A DNA stretch of 61,119 nucleotides, filler included, from a bacterium (GTDB lineage: Bacteria > JAJRZV01), in NCBI GenBank assembly GCA_024275095.1. It is 8 parts of 8 records of this genome, joined end to end, with 100 filler letters (N's around TTAATTAATTAA, not from the genome) between each part and the next. Parts side by side here need not be neighbours in the genome. Positions count along the whole stretch, not along the records: positions 26,198 to 41,018 come from JAJRZV010000116.1; 7 more parts are not named here. One strand, given 5' to 3'. The notes beneath the pieces are model-generated. The model did no database searches. It was not told the origin of the DNA and saw only the letters and a program-made list of their open reading frames with translations. The position numbers and the translations under genes are program-made. Shown here piece after piece: positions 28,567-39,600 of this stretch; position 1 is the stretch's first letter, and each line of letters opens with the position of its first letter.

Positions 28567-30110
28567 CTTATCCGCTCTCTTTTACCCTTATAAAAACTTT
28601 CAATCGCAGAAACAAGCGCCTCCACGGTAAAATTTTCAGGCTCAATATCGGGTTTAAAACCCTTGCCCTTAATGGTCTCACGCGTAACCGGACCGATTAC
28701 AGCAATGTGAAGGTTTCCAAGGATTTCTCCGGCCGCGTCCTCTCCCAGTGCACGAAAAAAATTCTCCACGGTTGATGAACTTGTAAAAGTCACGCAGTGC
28801 AGTCCGCCGTTTTGAACTTCTTCCTGGAGAACCTTTGCCTTTTCTTTCACTTCTTCAGGCATCACAGTCCGATACACGGGTATTACCTCAACATGAGCTC
28901 CATGGGACCGAAGAGTTTCAGGTAAAATTTCACGGGCTTTCTCCGCCCTGATAATGAGCACTTTGCGAGTCCTTATATCCCCCCTATGAATAAGGTGCTC
29001 GAGCACGCCCTCAGCAACAAATTTCTCCGGTACCACATCAGCACGAAGTGAGTAAACTTGCAGTGCCTCCGCGGTTGCCGAACCTATACACACAAGCTGG
29101 CATCGACCAAACACCCGCGCATCCATGCCCGCTTTAAAGAGCGCCTCCATGAACACGTGCACCCCGTTCCGCGATGTAAACACCACGTAATCAGCGGCTT
29201 GGATTTTTTTGGCTGTCTCTTTCACGCTTTTTCCGTCCACGATGGGTTTTATCTCGATTACAGGAAAGTGAAATACATACGCACCGCGTTCTTTCAGCAA
29301 CCGGGTCATATCGCGTGCCTGGTGGCGTGCACGTGTATTTATCACTCCAATCCCGAAAAGGGGCCTTCTCTCGTACCAGTTAAACAGGTCTGCATAACGG
29401 CATACCCGGCCCACAATAAAAAGCGCAGGTGGACTCATCTGCACTTTTTCGGCCAGTAACACAATGTCCTGAAGCGTTCCTTTTACACTCCGCTGGGACG
29501 GGGTGTAAGCCCTGTGGATGAGTACACACGGAGTATTACTTTCCATCCCGGCTTCCTTCAGTTCCTCCACAATTTCAGGAAGTTTTTTCACCGGCATGTA
29601 AAACACGAGCGTTTCTCCGGCCTTTACAAATTCACGGAGTCGGGTACTCCTCTCCTGCTTCCACCACGCTTCATGACCTGTAATGAACGTGACCGCCGAT
29701 GCCCATTCACGGTGAGTGAGAGGTATTCCTGCTGCTGCAGCACCGGCCGAAGCAGCAGTAATCCCTGGAACAACCTCAAAAGGGACTTCCGCTTTCCACA
29801 GTGCTTCCATTTCTTCACCGGCTCGACCAAATATCAGGGGGTCCCCGCCCTTGAGCCTCACGACAGTAAGACCGTCAAGAGCACGTTCGACCATGAGGTG
29901 ATTAATTTCATCCTGGCGCTGATCGTACTTCCACGCGTGTCTGCCTGCGAATATTTTTTCAGCTTCTTTCCTCACTTCTTCAAGCAACTCTTCTGGTATG
30001 AGCGAGTCGTATATAACCACGTCAGCCTGTTTCAATAATTCGACACATCGCCTGGTAACCAGTAAAGGGTCTCCCGGACCAGCACCTACGATGTAGACTT
30101 TTCCCTTCGT
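28563..30110 (-). CDS. cobA: Uroporphyrinogen-III C-methyltransferase/synthase fusion (CobA/HemD)
   Basis: In-frame upstream KGKVYIVGAGPGDP, RLKGGDP..FGR.GEE, and HemD motifs FTSRNGV and FTSSST. The expected start codon reads ACG at 30110. Confidence 0.95.
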   Translation of the reverse strand, partial: TKGKVYIVGAGPGDPLLVTRRCVELLKQADVVIYDSLIPEELLEEVRKEAEKIFAGRHAWKYDQRQDEINHLMVERALDGLTVVRLKGGDPLIFGRAGEEMEALWKAEVPFEVVPGITAASAGAAAAGIPLTHREWASAVTFITGHEAWWKQERSTRLREFVKAGETLVFYMPVKKLPEIVEELKEAGMESNTPCVLIHRAYTPSQRSVKGTLQDIVLLAEKVQMSPPALFIVGRVCRYADLFNWYERRPLFGIGVINTRARHQARDMTRLLKERGAYVFHFPVIEIKPIVDGKSVKETAKKIQAADYVVFTSRNGVHVFMEALFKAGMDARVFGRCQLVCIGSATAEALQVYSLRADVVPEKFVAEGVLEHLIHRGDIRTRKVLIIRAEKAREILPETLRSHGAHVEVIPVYRTVMPEEVKEKAKVLQEEVQNGGLHCVTFTSSSTVENFFRALGEDAAGEILGNLHIAVIGPVTRETIKGKGFKPDIEPENFTVEALVSAIESFYKGKRERIS

Positions 30111-31018
30111 TTCCTCACCTCCTCAATTAATTCCCCGGCACCTCTCTCAAGCAGTGCCTTACCAGCAGCAACTCCAACTGCGACAGGGTCAACTCCCTTC
30201 ACACTTTCGTACATCATTCGAGAACCATCCTCATCAGCCACGAAAGCTGTAAGTAAAAACCGACCGTCTACCTGGACAGCATGAGCTGCAGCCGGGACCT
30301 GACAGCCTCCTTCAATGGTTTCAAGAAACGCTCTTTCCGCATCAATGCACTGACGTGTACTTTCGTGGTTCAGGGACTCCAGCAATTCCCCAAATTGACA
30401 ATCTTCACGCACTTCCACCACGATAACACCCTGACCTGTGGCAGGTATAAATTCGCTGCTATCAAACACAACCTGGGCGGCATCTGCCAGACCCATCCGC
30501 TTGAGTCCCGCATATGCCATCACAGCAGCATCTGCTACTCCCTCGCGTATTTTCCTTACACGGGTATCCACGTTTCCCCTGATCTCCACGACTTTCAAAT
30601 CCGGGCGTCGTGCGAGTATCTGGGCCTTGCGGCGCAAACTGCTGGTTCCCACAGTTGCTCCTTCGGGTAAATCCTCCAGGCACCTGTACTTGAAAGATAC
30701 AAACGCATCACGCGGATCTTCTCTCTCAAGCACTGCCCCCACTTTCAGTCCCTGCGGAAGTTCCGTGGGAAGGTCCTTTAACGAGTGCACAGCAAAATCA
30801 ATATTACCTCGAAGCATCTCCTCTTCGATTTCCTTGACAAAAAGGCCTTTCCCTCCGATACGCGACAGGGGCGAGTCAATAATTTTGTCTCCTTTTGTTT
30901 TAATCACCACAACTTCGACCTCTACTGACGGCTCGATGGACTGGAGTCGCTCTATCACGTGACGTGTTTGCCACAGAGCGAGCTTGCTTCCACGGCTACC
31001 GGCCCTCAGCTTCACCAT
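30086..31018 (-). CDS. hemC: Hydroxymethylbilane synthase
   Basis: RGSKLALWQ, GGKGLFVKE, VHSLKD, GTSSLRR and EGGCQVP motifs. Confidence 0.97.
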   Translation of the reverse strand: MVKLRAGSRGSKLALWQTRHVIERLQSIEPSVEVEVVVIKTKGDKIIDSPLSRIGGKGLFVKEIEEEMLRGNIDFAVHSLKDLPTELPQGLKVGAVLEREDPRDAFVSFKYRCLEDLPEGATVGTSSLRRKAQILARRPDLKVVEIRGNVDTRVRKIREGVADAAVMAYAGLKRMGLADAAQVVFDSSEFIPATGQGVIVVEVREDCQFGELLESLNHESTRQCIDAERAFLETIEGGCQVPAAAHAVQVDGRFLLTAFVADEDGSRMMYESVKGVDPVAVGVAAGKALLERGAGELIEEVRKRREKSTS

Positions 31019-32288
31019 TATCCCTCCTTATGGCAAAAACCATTCTCATAATGTCCGCCACTTCGGACAGCTTGCCTTCCCGTGCCGCTTGTTTGATACG
31101 CGTGGCCGGCACATGCATCAACTTCTTTACAAGGGAATTGATAAAACCTTCCTTCAAATCCTGAGTAAACTCCCCGCGCCTTGAAAATTCGTGTAACAGC
31201 TCCTCATACTCTTCTTCCACTATCCTTCTTACCGCAGAGTAAAGCTCCCCCAGCAAATCATTAATATCCACCTCACGCGTTCGAGCGATAAACTTCTTCA
31301 CTTCCTCATCAACAATCCGCCGTGCCTTCTCTGCCTCCTTTAATCTCAACTGCTTGTTCTCGTCGGCAATCTTTTCCAGGTCGTCTATGTCATAAAGAAA
31401 GACACCTTCAAGTTTCCCTACCTTGTCTGAAACGACACGGGGAATGGAAATGTCAATGATAAAAAGTGGAGCACCTTTGCGTTTGTACACAATTCCTTCT
31501 GCTCGTTCATAAGTCAATATGTGCGTGGGCGAGCCCGCTGCTGTAATAATCACATCGAAAAGATGCGCCTCTCTCAGAAAATCATCATAAGTAAGAGCTC
31601 TGCCTGTTCCAATTTCTTCTATGAGCTCTTCGGCATGGGCAAGTGTCCTTGAAGCGACAACAATATCTTCCACGCCGTGTGCGTGAAGCTGACGTACAGT
31701 GAGAGTGCCCATCTCCCCAGCACCGATAACAGCCGCCCGAACTTTTCTTAAATCTCCAAAAATCCGTTCTGCCATCTCAACAGCAACATGACTTACCGAA
31801 GTGGGCATGGCGCCAATTCCTGTTTCCGTTCGAATGCGCTTTCCAACCCGAAAAGCATGGTGAAACAGTGTGCTCATTCCCACCCCGGATGCACCCCCTG
31901 CGACGGCTTCAGAATACGCGGCCTTCACCTGATTGAGTATCTGAGGCTCACCGAGAACCATGGAATCAAGACTACCGGCCACATAGAAAAGATGCCTGAC
32001 GGCGTTTTCGCTTTCGTGGAAATAAACATGTTTCTCTATTTCTTCTTCTGAAAGGTTGTATCGCATTTTGAGAAAATCTTTTATTTTCTGCTGTACAGGA
32101 CCGGTTCGAAAAATGTAATATTCCACGCGGTTGCACGTTGAAAGAATCACTACCTCATCAACGTTTTCAATGGATTTGACCTCCTTTAAAAGATTTCTTA
32201 ACTCTTCGCCTGAAGCCGCAAGGCACTCTCTTAACTCCACAGGAGCCGTCCGGTAACTCAGGCCTGCAAGGAAAAAACGGGAAATCAT
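30996..32288 (-). CDS. hemA: Glutamyl-tRNA reductase
   Basis: LSTCNRVE, SLDSMVLGEPQI, IGAGEMG and DISIPR motifs. Confidence 0.97.
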   Translation of the reverse strand: MISRFFLAGLSYRTAPVELRECLAASGEELRNLLKEVKSIENVDEVVILSTCNRVEYYIFRTGPVQQKIKDFLKMRYNLSEEEIEKHVYFHESENAVRHLFYVAGSLDSMVLGEPQILNQVKAAYSEAVAGGASGVGMSTLFHHAFRVGKRIRTETGIGAMPTSVSHVAVEMAERIFGDLRKVRAAVIGAGEMGTLTVRQLHAHGVEDIVVASRTLAHAEELIEEIGTGRALTYDDFLREAHLFDVIITAAGSPTHILTYERAEGIVYKRKGAPLFIIDISIPRVVSDKVGKLEGVFLYDIDDLEKIADENKQLRLKEAEKARRIVDEEVKKFIARTREVDINDLLGELYSAVRRIVEEEYEELLHEFSRRGEFTQDLKEGFINSLVKKLMHVPATRIKQAAREGKLSEVADIMRMVFAIRRDNGEAEGR

Positions 32289-32294
32289 TTTTTC

Positions 32295-33107
32295 TCAGAA
32301 CCGATGGTAGCCTTTAAAAATTGTACTCGAGCCGAGAAACGTGAACATCAATATAATAAATGCGACTACCGAAGCATACGCCAGGCGCCGTCCCTTCCAG
32401 CCCATGAAACGCAGGTGCAGTGGAATGGCATAAGCGATCCAGGTAGCGAGCGTCCACACTTCTTTCGGATCCCACGACCACCACACACCCCGGGTATGTT
32501 CGGACCAGATGGAACCGGTAATCATGGCAAGAGTGAGCATGGGGAATCCGTAGGTTATCGCCCTCATGTTGAGGTCCTCTACTTTTTCCAGTGGAGGCAG
32601 GCGCCTGAAAAGGGTCCCGGTTGTTTTCGACTTCATGCGCCTCTCGAGAATAATGTATGAAAGACCCGAAGCAAACGACAGGACAAAAAAGGCATAACCC
32701 ACAAAGGCAAAAGTCACATGTACGGGGAACAAAATGGAATCAAAACCGGGGGGCATGGGACCCTTCCCTATGCCGGAGATCATCAACATCACCTCACACA
32801 CCAGAGCCACAGGCATCACGAATGCACCGAGCACTTCCTCGTCGGGAGAGTGAAGGAATACAACAAAGGCCAGCACCACCGCCCACCCGAAAGTGGCAAG
32901 AGCCTCTGGCATGGAAAGAATCGGCAGACGGTCGGCATAGGCATATGAAAAGGCAGCATAAAGAAAGTGCGCTAAAAGCCCGCCTGCTGCACAAACAGTA
33001 CCGGCTTTACGTATCCAGGGAATCGCCCTGTAAAAATACAGGATAAAAAAACCTGATGAAAACGCGTAAAATACAGCTGCTGTAATTACAAGCGCCTCCA
33101 TCTTCAC
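32295..33107 (-). CDS. ccsA: Cytochrome c biogenesis protein CcsA (system II)
   Basis: WWD domain TGSIWS...WWSWDPKEVW. Confidence 0.9.
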   Translation of the reverse strand: MKMEALVITAAVFYAFSSGFFILYFYRAIPWIRKAGTVCAAGGLLAHFLYAAFSYAYADRLPILSMPEALATFGWAVVLAFVVFLHSPDEEVLGAFVMPVALVCEVMLMISGIGKGPMPPGFDSILFPVHVTFAFVGYAFFVLSFASGLSYIILERRMKSKTTGTLFRRLPPLEKVEDLNMRAITYGFPMLTLAMITGSIWSEHTRGVWWSWDPKEVWTLATWIAYAIPLHLRFMGWKGRRLAYASVVAFIILMFTFLGSSTIFKGYHRF

Positions 33108-33160
33108 CTCGGAACTTTTGCTTTGAGATTAACTTACATCCTGAAACATATTATGTAAAG

Positions 33161-33904
33161 TTACACTGACCCAATCATCATCTTTCTAAACTCGACGGCG
33201 TTTTCGAACATATAAACATTGTTAAACAGCACGTATGTTGAGCACCCCCACCTTTCCACGCGTTCAGCAAGTGCTGCCAGGTCTTTTTTTGTATACCTGT
33301 ACCTGTAGTTCTTTCCACCGTGAAGTCTCAGGTACAGGAACTTACATGATTTGAAAAAATCAGAGGGAGGTTCTTCTGCTGCAAGAGGATCGAAAACAAT
33401 GGGCACTTTAGACTGTTCATATATCTTGAGAGCTGCATCCCATGACCATCCACGTGGTTCAAACACAATTTCCAGATTTTCTCGTATATGTCGCCTGAAG
33501 AAATTTACGGCAGCATTGATATTTTCCTGCAAAGGTTTAAAGGACGGGGGCGTTTGAAAAAGAATAATCCTCGCATTCAGGAGTTCGGCACATTCCAGCG
33601 TTTTCTGCCACGCCTTCTCAACGAGAGGCGATGCCACGAAGAAGCCACATCCCATTCCTTTTTCAACTTTTAAAGATTTCAGGCGTCTGTACGTTGGAGA
33701 AGAAGGGGGATGAGTAATGAGTTGCCATGCCTTAACGGTAAAGCAAAAACTCTCCGGTGCTTCGGTACGCCACGTCCTCAAACGATCGAGGGATGGAGGA
33801 TCATAAAAGGTTTGCTGCACCTCCACGACGTCCAGGTTCCCAAACACGCGGGCACGCGCCACCGGGAAACCGCAAACGCCTACTTTCAACCCTGAGGCTG
33901 CCAT
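33161..33904 (-). CDS. DUF72 (YecE) family protein
   Basis: VEVQQTFY, FTVKAWQLITH, FQTPPSF, YLRLHG and LFNN motifs; start at ATG 33904. Confidence 0.9.
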   Translation of the reverse strand: MAASGLKVGVCGFPVARARVFGNLDVVEVQQTFYDPPSLDRLRTWRTEAPESFCFTVKAWQLITHPPSSPTYRRLKSLKVEKGMGCGFFVASPLVEKAWQKTLECAELLNARIILFQTPPSFKPLQENINAAVNFFRRHIRENLEIVFEPRGWSWDAALKIYEQSKVPIVFDPLAAEEPPSDFFKSCKFLYLRLHGGKNYRYRYTKKDLAALAERVERWGCSTYVLFNNVYMFENAVEFRKMMIGSV

Positions 33905-34003
33905 GCAAACACCTTCGAAAATTACAAAGTATATATATTCATGTAAAATACCCTGAAAATTTTTACAATATTTTGACCACATAGAAACAAAAGGGGGGAA
34001 AGG

Positions 34004-35674
34004 ATGCCCAAAAAGAGGAAACTTTTTTATGTGTTTTCGGCCATTTTGGTTTCGGTGATCGTATGCACAGGATGCGGTGGAAACAAAGCAGACAATTTTA
34101 CATACGACTCCCCGGCTCCCTCGACAGATGAACCCACGTGGTACAAAAAAGTTGTTTTTTACCAGATTTATCCCAGGAGCTTTAAGGACAGTAACGGCGA
34201 CGGCATTGGAGATCTCCAGGGCATAATAGAAAAACTGGATTACTTACAGGACCTTGGTATTGGTGGAATATGGCTTAACCCGATTTATCCTACCCAAAAC
34301 GTGGATCTTGGCTACGACATTACTGATTACCGGGACATCAACCCGGAATTTGGTACGATGGAAGACTTTCAGCTACTTCTACAGGAAGCCCACAGGCGCG
34401 GCATTAAAATATTCCTCGATCTGGTATTCAACCACACATCGGCCGCTCATCCCTGGTTTCAGGAATCCCGCCAGGGACCGAATAATCCAAAAAGCGACTG
34501 GTACGTGTGGGCACCGGAACCCTACTTCGACTGTAACGATATTCCTGACATTATCAACACCTTCGGGGCCAGCCGGTGGACGTACGATCCTGTGCGAGGC
34601 GAATACTACTTTCACCAGTTTTACGAGGGCATGCCCGACCTGAACTTCAACAATCCTGAAGTGCGTGAGGAATTATTGAACATCGTACGCTACTGGCTGG
34701 ACATGGGGGTTGATGGCTTCAGACTGGATGTCGCCCACTCTTACTATGAAAATCCTGCTGAAAACAAATGTATCCACCAACCTGAAACCCACATGTTCCT
34801 CAAGGACATGCGAGCCGTACTCGACGCTTATCCAAACAAAGCTATGGTAGCCGAAGTTATGCTCTTCCCCGATGATATTATTGCCTACCTTGGCAACGGC
34901 CACGACGAAGTACACATGATCTTCAATTTCATCCTCATGACCGGACTTTACACCGCTGCACTGGGTGGTGGCAATGCCCTTCTCCGAGAACTCATGGAAA
35001 AAACGTTTGATAAATTTCCTCCCGGGGGATGGCACGCCATCATTATCGGAAACCACGACCTGCCGCGGTCTTTTTTACTGGTGGGAGAGGACGAAAAAAA
35101 AGCCAAAATTCTCGCGTTGTTGCAATTAACCTTGCCCGGGACACCTTTTATCTACTACGGCGAAGAAATAGGTATCACCAGTGGCAGTGACATTGTCGTA
35201 GACTGGAGAGACGCGTCCAGAACTCCCATGCAGTGGGACGACTCTTCGGGGGGTGGTTTCACCACCGGCACAGCGTGGGTGAACCTCTCGCCCAACTATC
35301 AAACACACAACGTGGCCGCAGAAGCGGAAAACCCGGAGTCCCTGTACAGCTTCTACAGGAGACTCATACGCATGAGAAACGCCCTGCCTTCTCTTCAAAC
35401 AGGAAGCATTCAATTTGTAAACACTGACGTCAACCAGGTCATTGCATTTGTACGGGAGCTGAACAACGACTGCATAGCAGTGGTGATGAATCCATCGTCC
35501 AGATCTGTAAATGTGCACCTGGACCTCGGGCCTGTGTTTGGAGATGTCTCTTCTGCTGAAGTGGCAGACATCTGGAACCAGGTGCCCCTGAATCGTCTCA
35601 CAGACACAAACGTTTCACGTTACGCTCTTACGCTCGAGCCGTACGGCTTCCGCATTCTAAAAATTCAAAAGTAA
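34004..35674 (+). CDS. GH13 alpha-amylase/alpha-glucosidase family lipoprotein
   Basis: Lipobox CTGC, YQIYPRSFKDSNGDGIGDL, DLVFNH, GFRLDVA, NHD and YYGEEIG motifs. Confidence 0.94.
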   Translation: MPKKRKLFYVFSAILVSVIVCTGCGGNKADNFTYDSPAPSTDEPTWYKKVVFYQIYPRSFKDSNGDGIGDLQGIIEKLDYLQDLGIGGIWLNPIYPTQNVDLGYDITDYRDINPEFGTMEDFQLLLQEAHRRGIKIFLDLVFNHTSAAHPWFQESRQGPNNPKSDWYVWAPEPYFDCNDIPDIINTFGASRWTYDPVRGEYYFHQFYEGMPDLNFNNPEVREELLNIVRYWLDMGVDGFRLDVAHSYYENPAENKCIHQPETHMFLKDMRAVLDAYPNKAMVAEVMLFPDDIIAYLGNGHDEVHMIFNFILMTGLYTAALGGGNALLRELMEKTFDKFPPGGWHAIIIGNHDLPRSFLLVGEDEKKAKILALLQLTLPGTPFIYYGEEIGITSGSDIVVDWRDASRTPMQWDDSSGGGFTTGTAWVNLSPNYQTHNVAAEAENPESLYSFYRRLIRMRNALPSLQTGSIQFVNTDVNQVIAFVRELNNDCIAVVMNPSSRSVNVHLDLGPVFGDVSSAEVADIWNQVPLNRLTDTNVSRYALTLEPYGFRILKIQK

Positions 35675-35832
35675 ATTACAATACCGCCTGGAAGAGAGCA
35701 GCCGGCACTTTCCTCGCGATGAAAATTGCGCCGATCAAAAAAGCGAAGGATTAAAATTTTGTATATGGAAAAAGAACTTCTGGCGTGGTTAAATGTATAA
35801 AAAGGTGATTATATCTGTTCACGGTCTGGAAA

Positions 35833-36333
35833 ATGCTTGACTATTTATCCATATTTAGAAAGCTAAACGAAAGAAAAATACGGTATATCGTGGCAGGTGG
35901 AGTGGCCGTAAACCTTTATGGAATACCCAGGATGACATATGACATAGACCTCCTGCTGGATCTCCAGGATGAAAACCTGAGGAGGTTTGCAGAACTTGTG
36001 AGCGAATGGGGATTCAGACCGAAAGCGCCCGTGGACGTAGTGGATCTTGCAGACGAAGAGAAAAGGGAAAAATGGATAAAAGAAAAAAACATGAAAGCAT
36101 TTAACCTTTACAACGACGAATGGGCCATATCAGAAATTGATGTCATCGTTGACTCAGCGGTAAGTTACAACGAGGCTTCAAAAAAAATAAACAAAGTGAA
36201 GGTTGGAGACGTTACAATTCCACTGATTTCCATCGATGACCTGATCAAAATGAAGGAACATGCAGCCAGACCCCAGGACCTCATCGATGCAAAATACTTG
36301 AGAAAAATAAAAGATGAAGAAAGAAGAAGATAG
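35833..36333 (+). CDS. Nucleotidyltransferase family protein (DUF6036-like)
   Basis: AGGVAVNLYG.PRMTYDIDL and LIKMK..AARPQDLID motifs. Confidence 0.85.
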   Translation: MLDYLSIFRKLNERKIRYIVAGGVAVNLYGIPRMTYDIDLLLDLQDENLRRFAELVSEWGFRPKAPVDVVDLADEEKREKWIKEKNMKAFNLYNDEWAISEIDVIVDSAVSYNEASKKINKVKVGDVTIPLISIDDLIKMKEHAARPQDLIDAKYLRKIKDEERRR

Positions 36334-36490
36334 AAAAGGGTTTGAGTACCATCTTGACGAAGAGAGCATCAAAAAGTATAAAAAAAAACCCCTGCAACTT
36401 CGCCTGCAGTGGCTTTATGCAGGAAATCTTTTCAGAAAGCACTACAGCAAAGAAATATTAAAAAGACAAGACGAGCTGAGAAAAAAGTAA
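36314..36490 (+). CDS. Small basic hypothetical protein, 58 aa
   Basis: Hand translation MKKEEDRKGFEYHLDEESIKKYKKKPLQLRLQWLYAGNLFRKHYSKEILKRQDELRKK; overlaps the end of the NTase gene. Confidence 0.65.
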   Translation: MKKEEDRKGFEYHLDEESIKKYKKKPLQLRLQWLYAGNLFRKHYSKEILKRQDELRKK

Positions 36491-36687
36491 AATTTTATAA
36501 ACGTTCAGGTTTTTGAAACCTCGCAAATTACAGGGTAAAACACATGCACATTTCATTACTCACAGCTCCTGTCAAGCCCATTCTTTTGGGTTTTCACCCT
36601 GGTTGTATGGAGGTTTATATGGAGCAAGCATGGCAGGCTTTGGCAGAATTACAACTACTGATTACAGATAAAAGAAGAAAAACTCGG

Positions 36688-39600
36688 TCAGCAACATCCT
36701 GTCTTGTCAAATGAGAACCGACTCCGGCGAGCACGCCTTTCCTTAACCTCTTCTGCAAACGCATCGAGCAAAGCTTCGGTGTCTGGATCATACTGCCCTG
36801 AATATACAAGCGTAACAACGGGAATCTTGTAGTCATTTTTTATTTTTTCTATCACAGCGGATGAAGCCGTACCGACCATGCAGTTAAAACACGTGGCATT
36901 AATAATCCCCTCCACCCCCTTTTCTGCAAAATCCACCATCTTGGCCACGTTCAGGTAAAACAGTTCGTTATTTAAGTTGTCAGTGTAGAGCCCGGCATAC
37001 TCGCGAATTTTTTTGTAGGAAGGCTCATCCCATTTACTCAGGATGTGTTCTGCCGCCCGGTAAAACGACCAGAGTTTCAACTCCTTCCTCAAGAGAAGTA
37101 TTCCTGCAAGAGCAGCCTTTTTGTATTCCCATTTTCTCGTACCTTCGTAGAAATCCCGGGAAATGCCAAAGTCAAGAATATCAACTTCAAAAGGTGCCGG
37201 CACACCCACAAGTCCTCTTTCAGCAAGAGCATTAAACAGGTCGAAATTGGCAGACCTGTTAACGCGTGTGTAAATATCTCCTGCGACACCTACAACAGGC
37301 CTGTCATCGCGCTTTACTTCCACCTTCTCCAATTCTTTAATAAATCTTTTAAACTCCAGAAGTACATCTCCGCTTTCCACAGCCTTTTCCATTGCCGTAA
37401 GGGCTTTATGGTATATTCGAAATGCCTCTCCCTTTCTCACCTCAAAAGGCAATTTCAGGCAAAATGCCTTGTGAAGTACATCTATTGCAAAAAGGGCTTT
37501 GTAAAACCGCTCCGCACCTTTCATACCAACTATGGAGATAAATTCTTCGGCAACAGGTGTATAAACCTTCGCATGGGTTGCACCAACCTCGCGCAAAAAG
37601 ATATTCATCCCCGTAGCGTATTCGTACAGAAGACAGGGTATTTTTGTTCCGGGAAACAGAAACACAAAGGGCTCCTTCTCTCTCTCAAGGAGTGCAACAA
37701 GGTCTCCGAGCAAAACCGAATATGCATGACACTCTTTACCAGAGGAGTACCTCTCTCCGAGTTCCTTTGTTTTCGCATCGGGTAGAGGTAAAACTTCGGC
37801 ATTGATACCGGCATATCTCATAACCCCTGAAAGAGCGTATGCATGGTCAGAAAAGTAAGGAATGTAAACCTTTCTGTTTTTTAAATCATCCGGGGCAACC
37901 TTCGAACGCTCGGGTATAAAAATATGCTTTTTCTCTTTCACCCTTTTACCTGCTTCACGTAACAAATCGCTGTAAGCTTCTAACCTTGTTATCAGGCCGG
38001 CTTCTCCCCTGTGCTCATCAAATTCGAGAAAAAGAGCCGGGTACTCTTTCAATATTTCATCAAACACTTTGTGAGCAAATGCATCTGGACCACATCCGAA
38101 GTTGGATATAATAACTGGATAGATATTTTGCCTCTTCAGCGAATCTAAAAGTGTTTTAAAGCCGTCCCTGGAATACTTCCACGGAAACAGAGGACTTTCT
38201 TTTTCACTAACCCTGAGCAGGTTCATGGGCACTGCTGTGAAACCAAGCCTTCGCAGGTGGGAGAAAAGATTTAAGTTAAGGTATGAATCGTAGATATTAT
38301 AAGGCCTTCCAATGACAGCAAGAGTGATTCCTCCTTCTTTGATGACTTCTTCTGCCCTATTTCTCATTTTTGTTTCAAATTCAATCTGAACATTCATCGC
38401 TTTTCTGAAAGCCGTACGCACTGCCGCAGAGGAAATTGAAAGGAGTTCTTCGTACTTTTTGAAACCTTCTACGAATCCTTCCTCATCCATCGAAAGTGTC
38501 GGAGCAATTACGCGGGAAATATCTCTAAGCATTGTTGGGAGGGCCTGGGTATAAGGGCACGTAAACTCTTTTTCACCAAATGCATAAATTGCGGGAAGAA
38601 AAATAAAATCCACCCTCTCTGAAAGCCATGCCACATGTCCAGCAACAAACTTTACAGGTATGCACGTTACAGCCTGAAGCAGCCTGGAGCTGAGAATAAG
38701 AATTTCATGAGAAGACGGTGGAGAAAGGACAGGTTTAAACCCGAGCTCACTGAAAAACGTAGCCCAGAAAGGAAGATACGCTATCATCACCGATGCTCGA
38801 GGTATACCGATTGTTCTCGCGGCCTGCTTCTCCTGAAAATATCTCTCGGCTTCCTGGATGAACTCACTGACCAGGTCAGGGCCCTCCACCCCTTTACCTC
38901 TTTTCTGAGATGTGTACCGTTCGCAGGTGTCCCCGAAAAATGCAAATTCGCTCTTTCCAAGCTTCAGCACTCCTACATCACAGAAATTACTGCACTGTTT
39001 ACATTCAAAAGTCTTCATTTTCTCAGGCATCTTTTCAGGAAACCGGAATTTACTTTCTCCTTTGACCTGGTCTCGAGCAATCAACGCGGCTCCGATAGCT
39101 CCGGAGAGCCGGTTATACGGGTGCACGTATATTTCCTTCCCCAGCACCGACTCGAATGCGCTCACCACTGCATCATTCGATGCCACCCCTCCCTGGAACA
39201 CGATCTTTTTGCCGACCTTTCGGTTCCCCACCACCTTCTCTAAATAATTTTTCACTATTGCATGCGCAATTCCTGCACAAACATCCCTGAGTTCAAACCC
39301 ATACGAAAGCGCAGACGAAACGGTCCTTTCCATAAACACTGTACAGTGATGATTCAAAAGAGCAGGCTTTTCAGCAGAGAGAGCCATTCGGGCAAAATCC
39401 TTTTTCACATCTATGCCCATCAGCGAGGTCTGTTCTTCTATAAAAGAGCCAGTGCCTGCAGCGCATACTTTATTCATGGTGAAATCACGTATACGACCAC
39501 CTTCCATATAAATGTACTTGGAATCCTGACCGCCGATCTCAAAAATCGTATCTGCATCGGGAAAATAAAACAGCGTTCCTTTCATCTGACAGGTAATCTC

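Noticed and set aside
36531..36713. Imperfect inverted repeat (CAGGGTAAAAC...GTTTTCACCCTG) and a 31-aa ORF with a GGAGG RBS at 36618
   Set aside because: Too short to distinguish from chance; no recognisable family.
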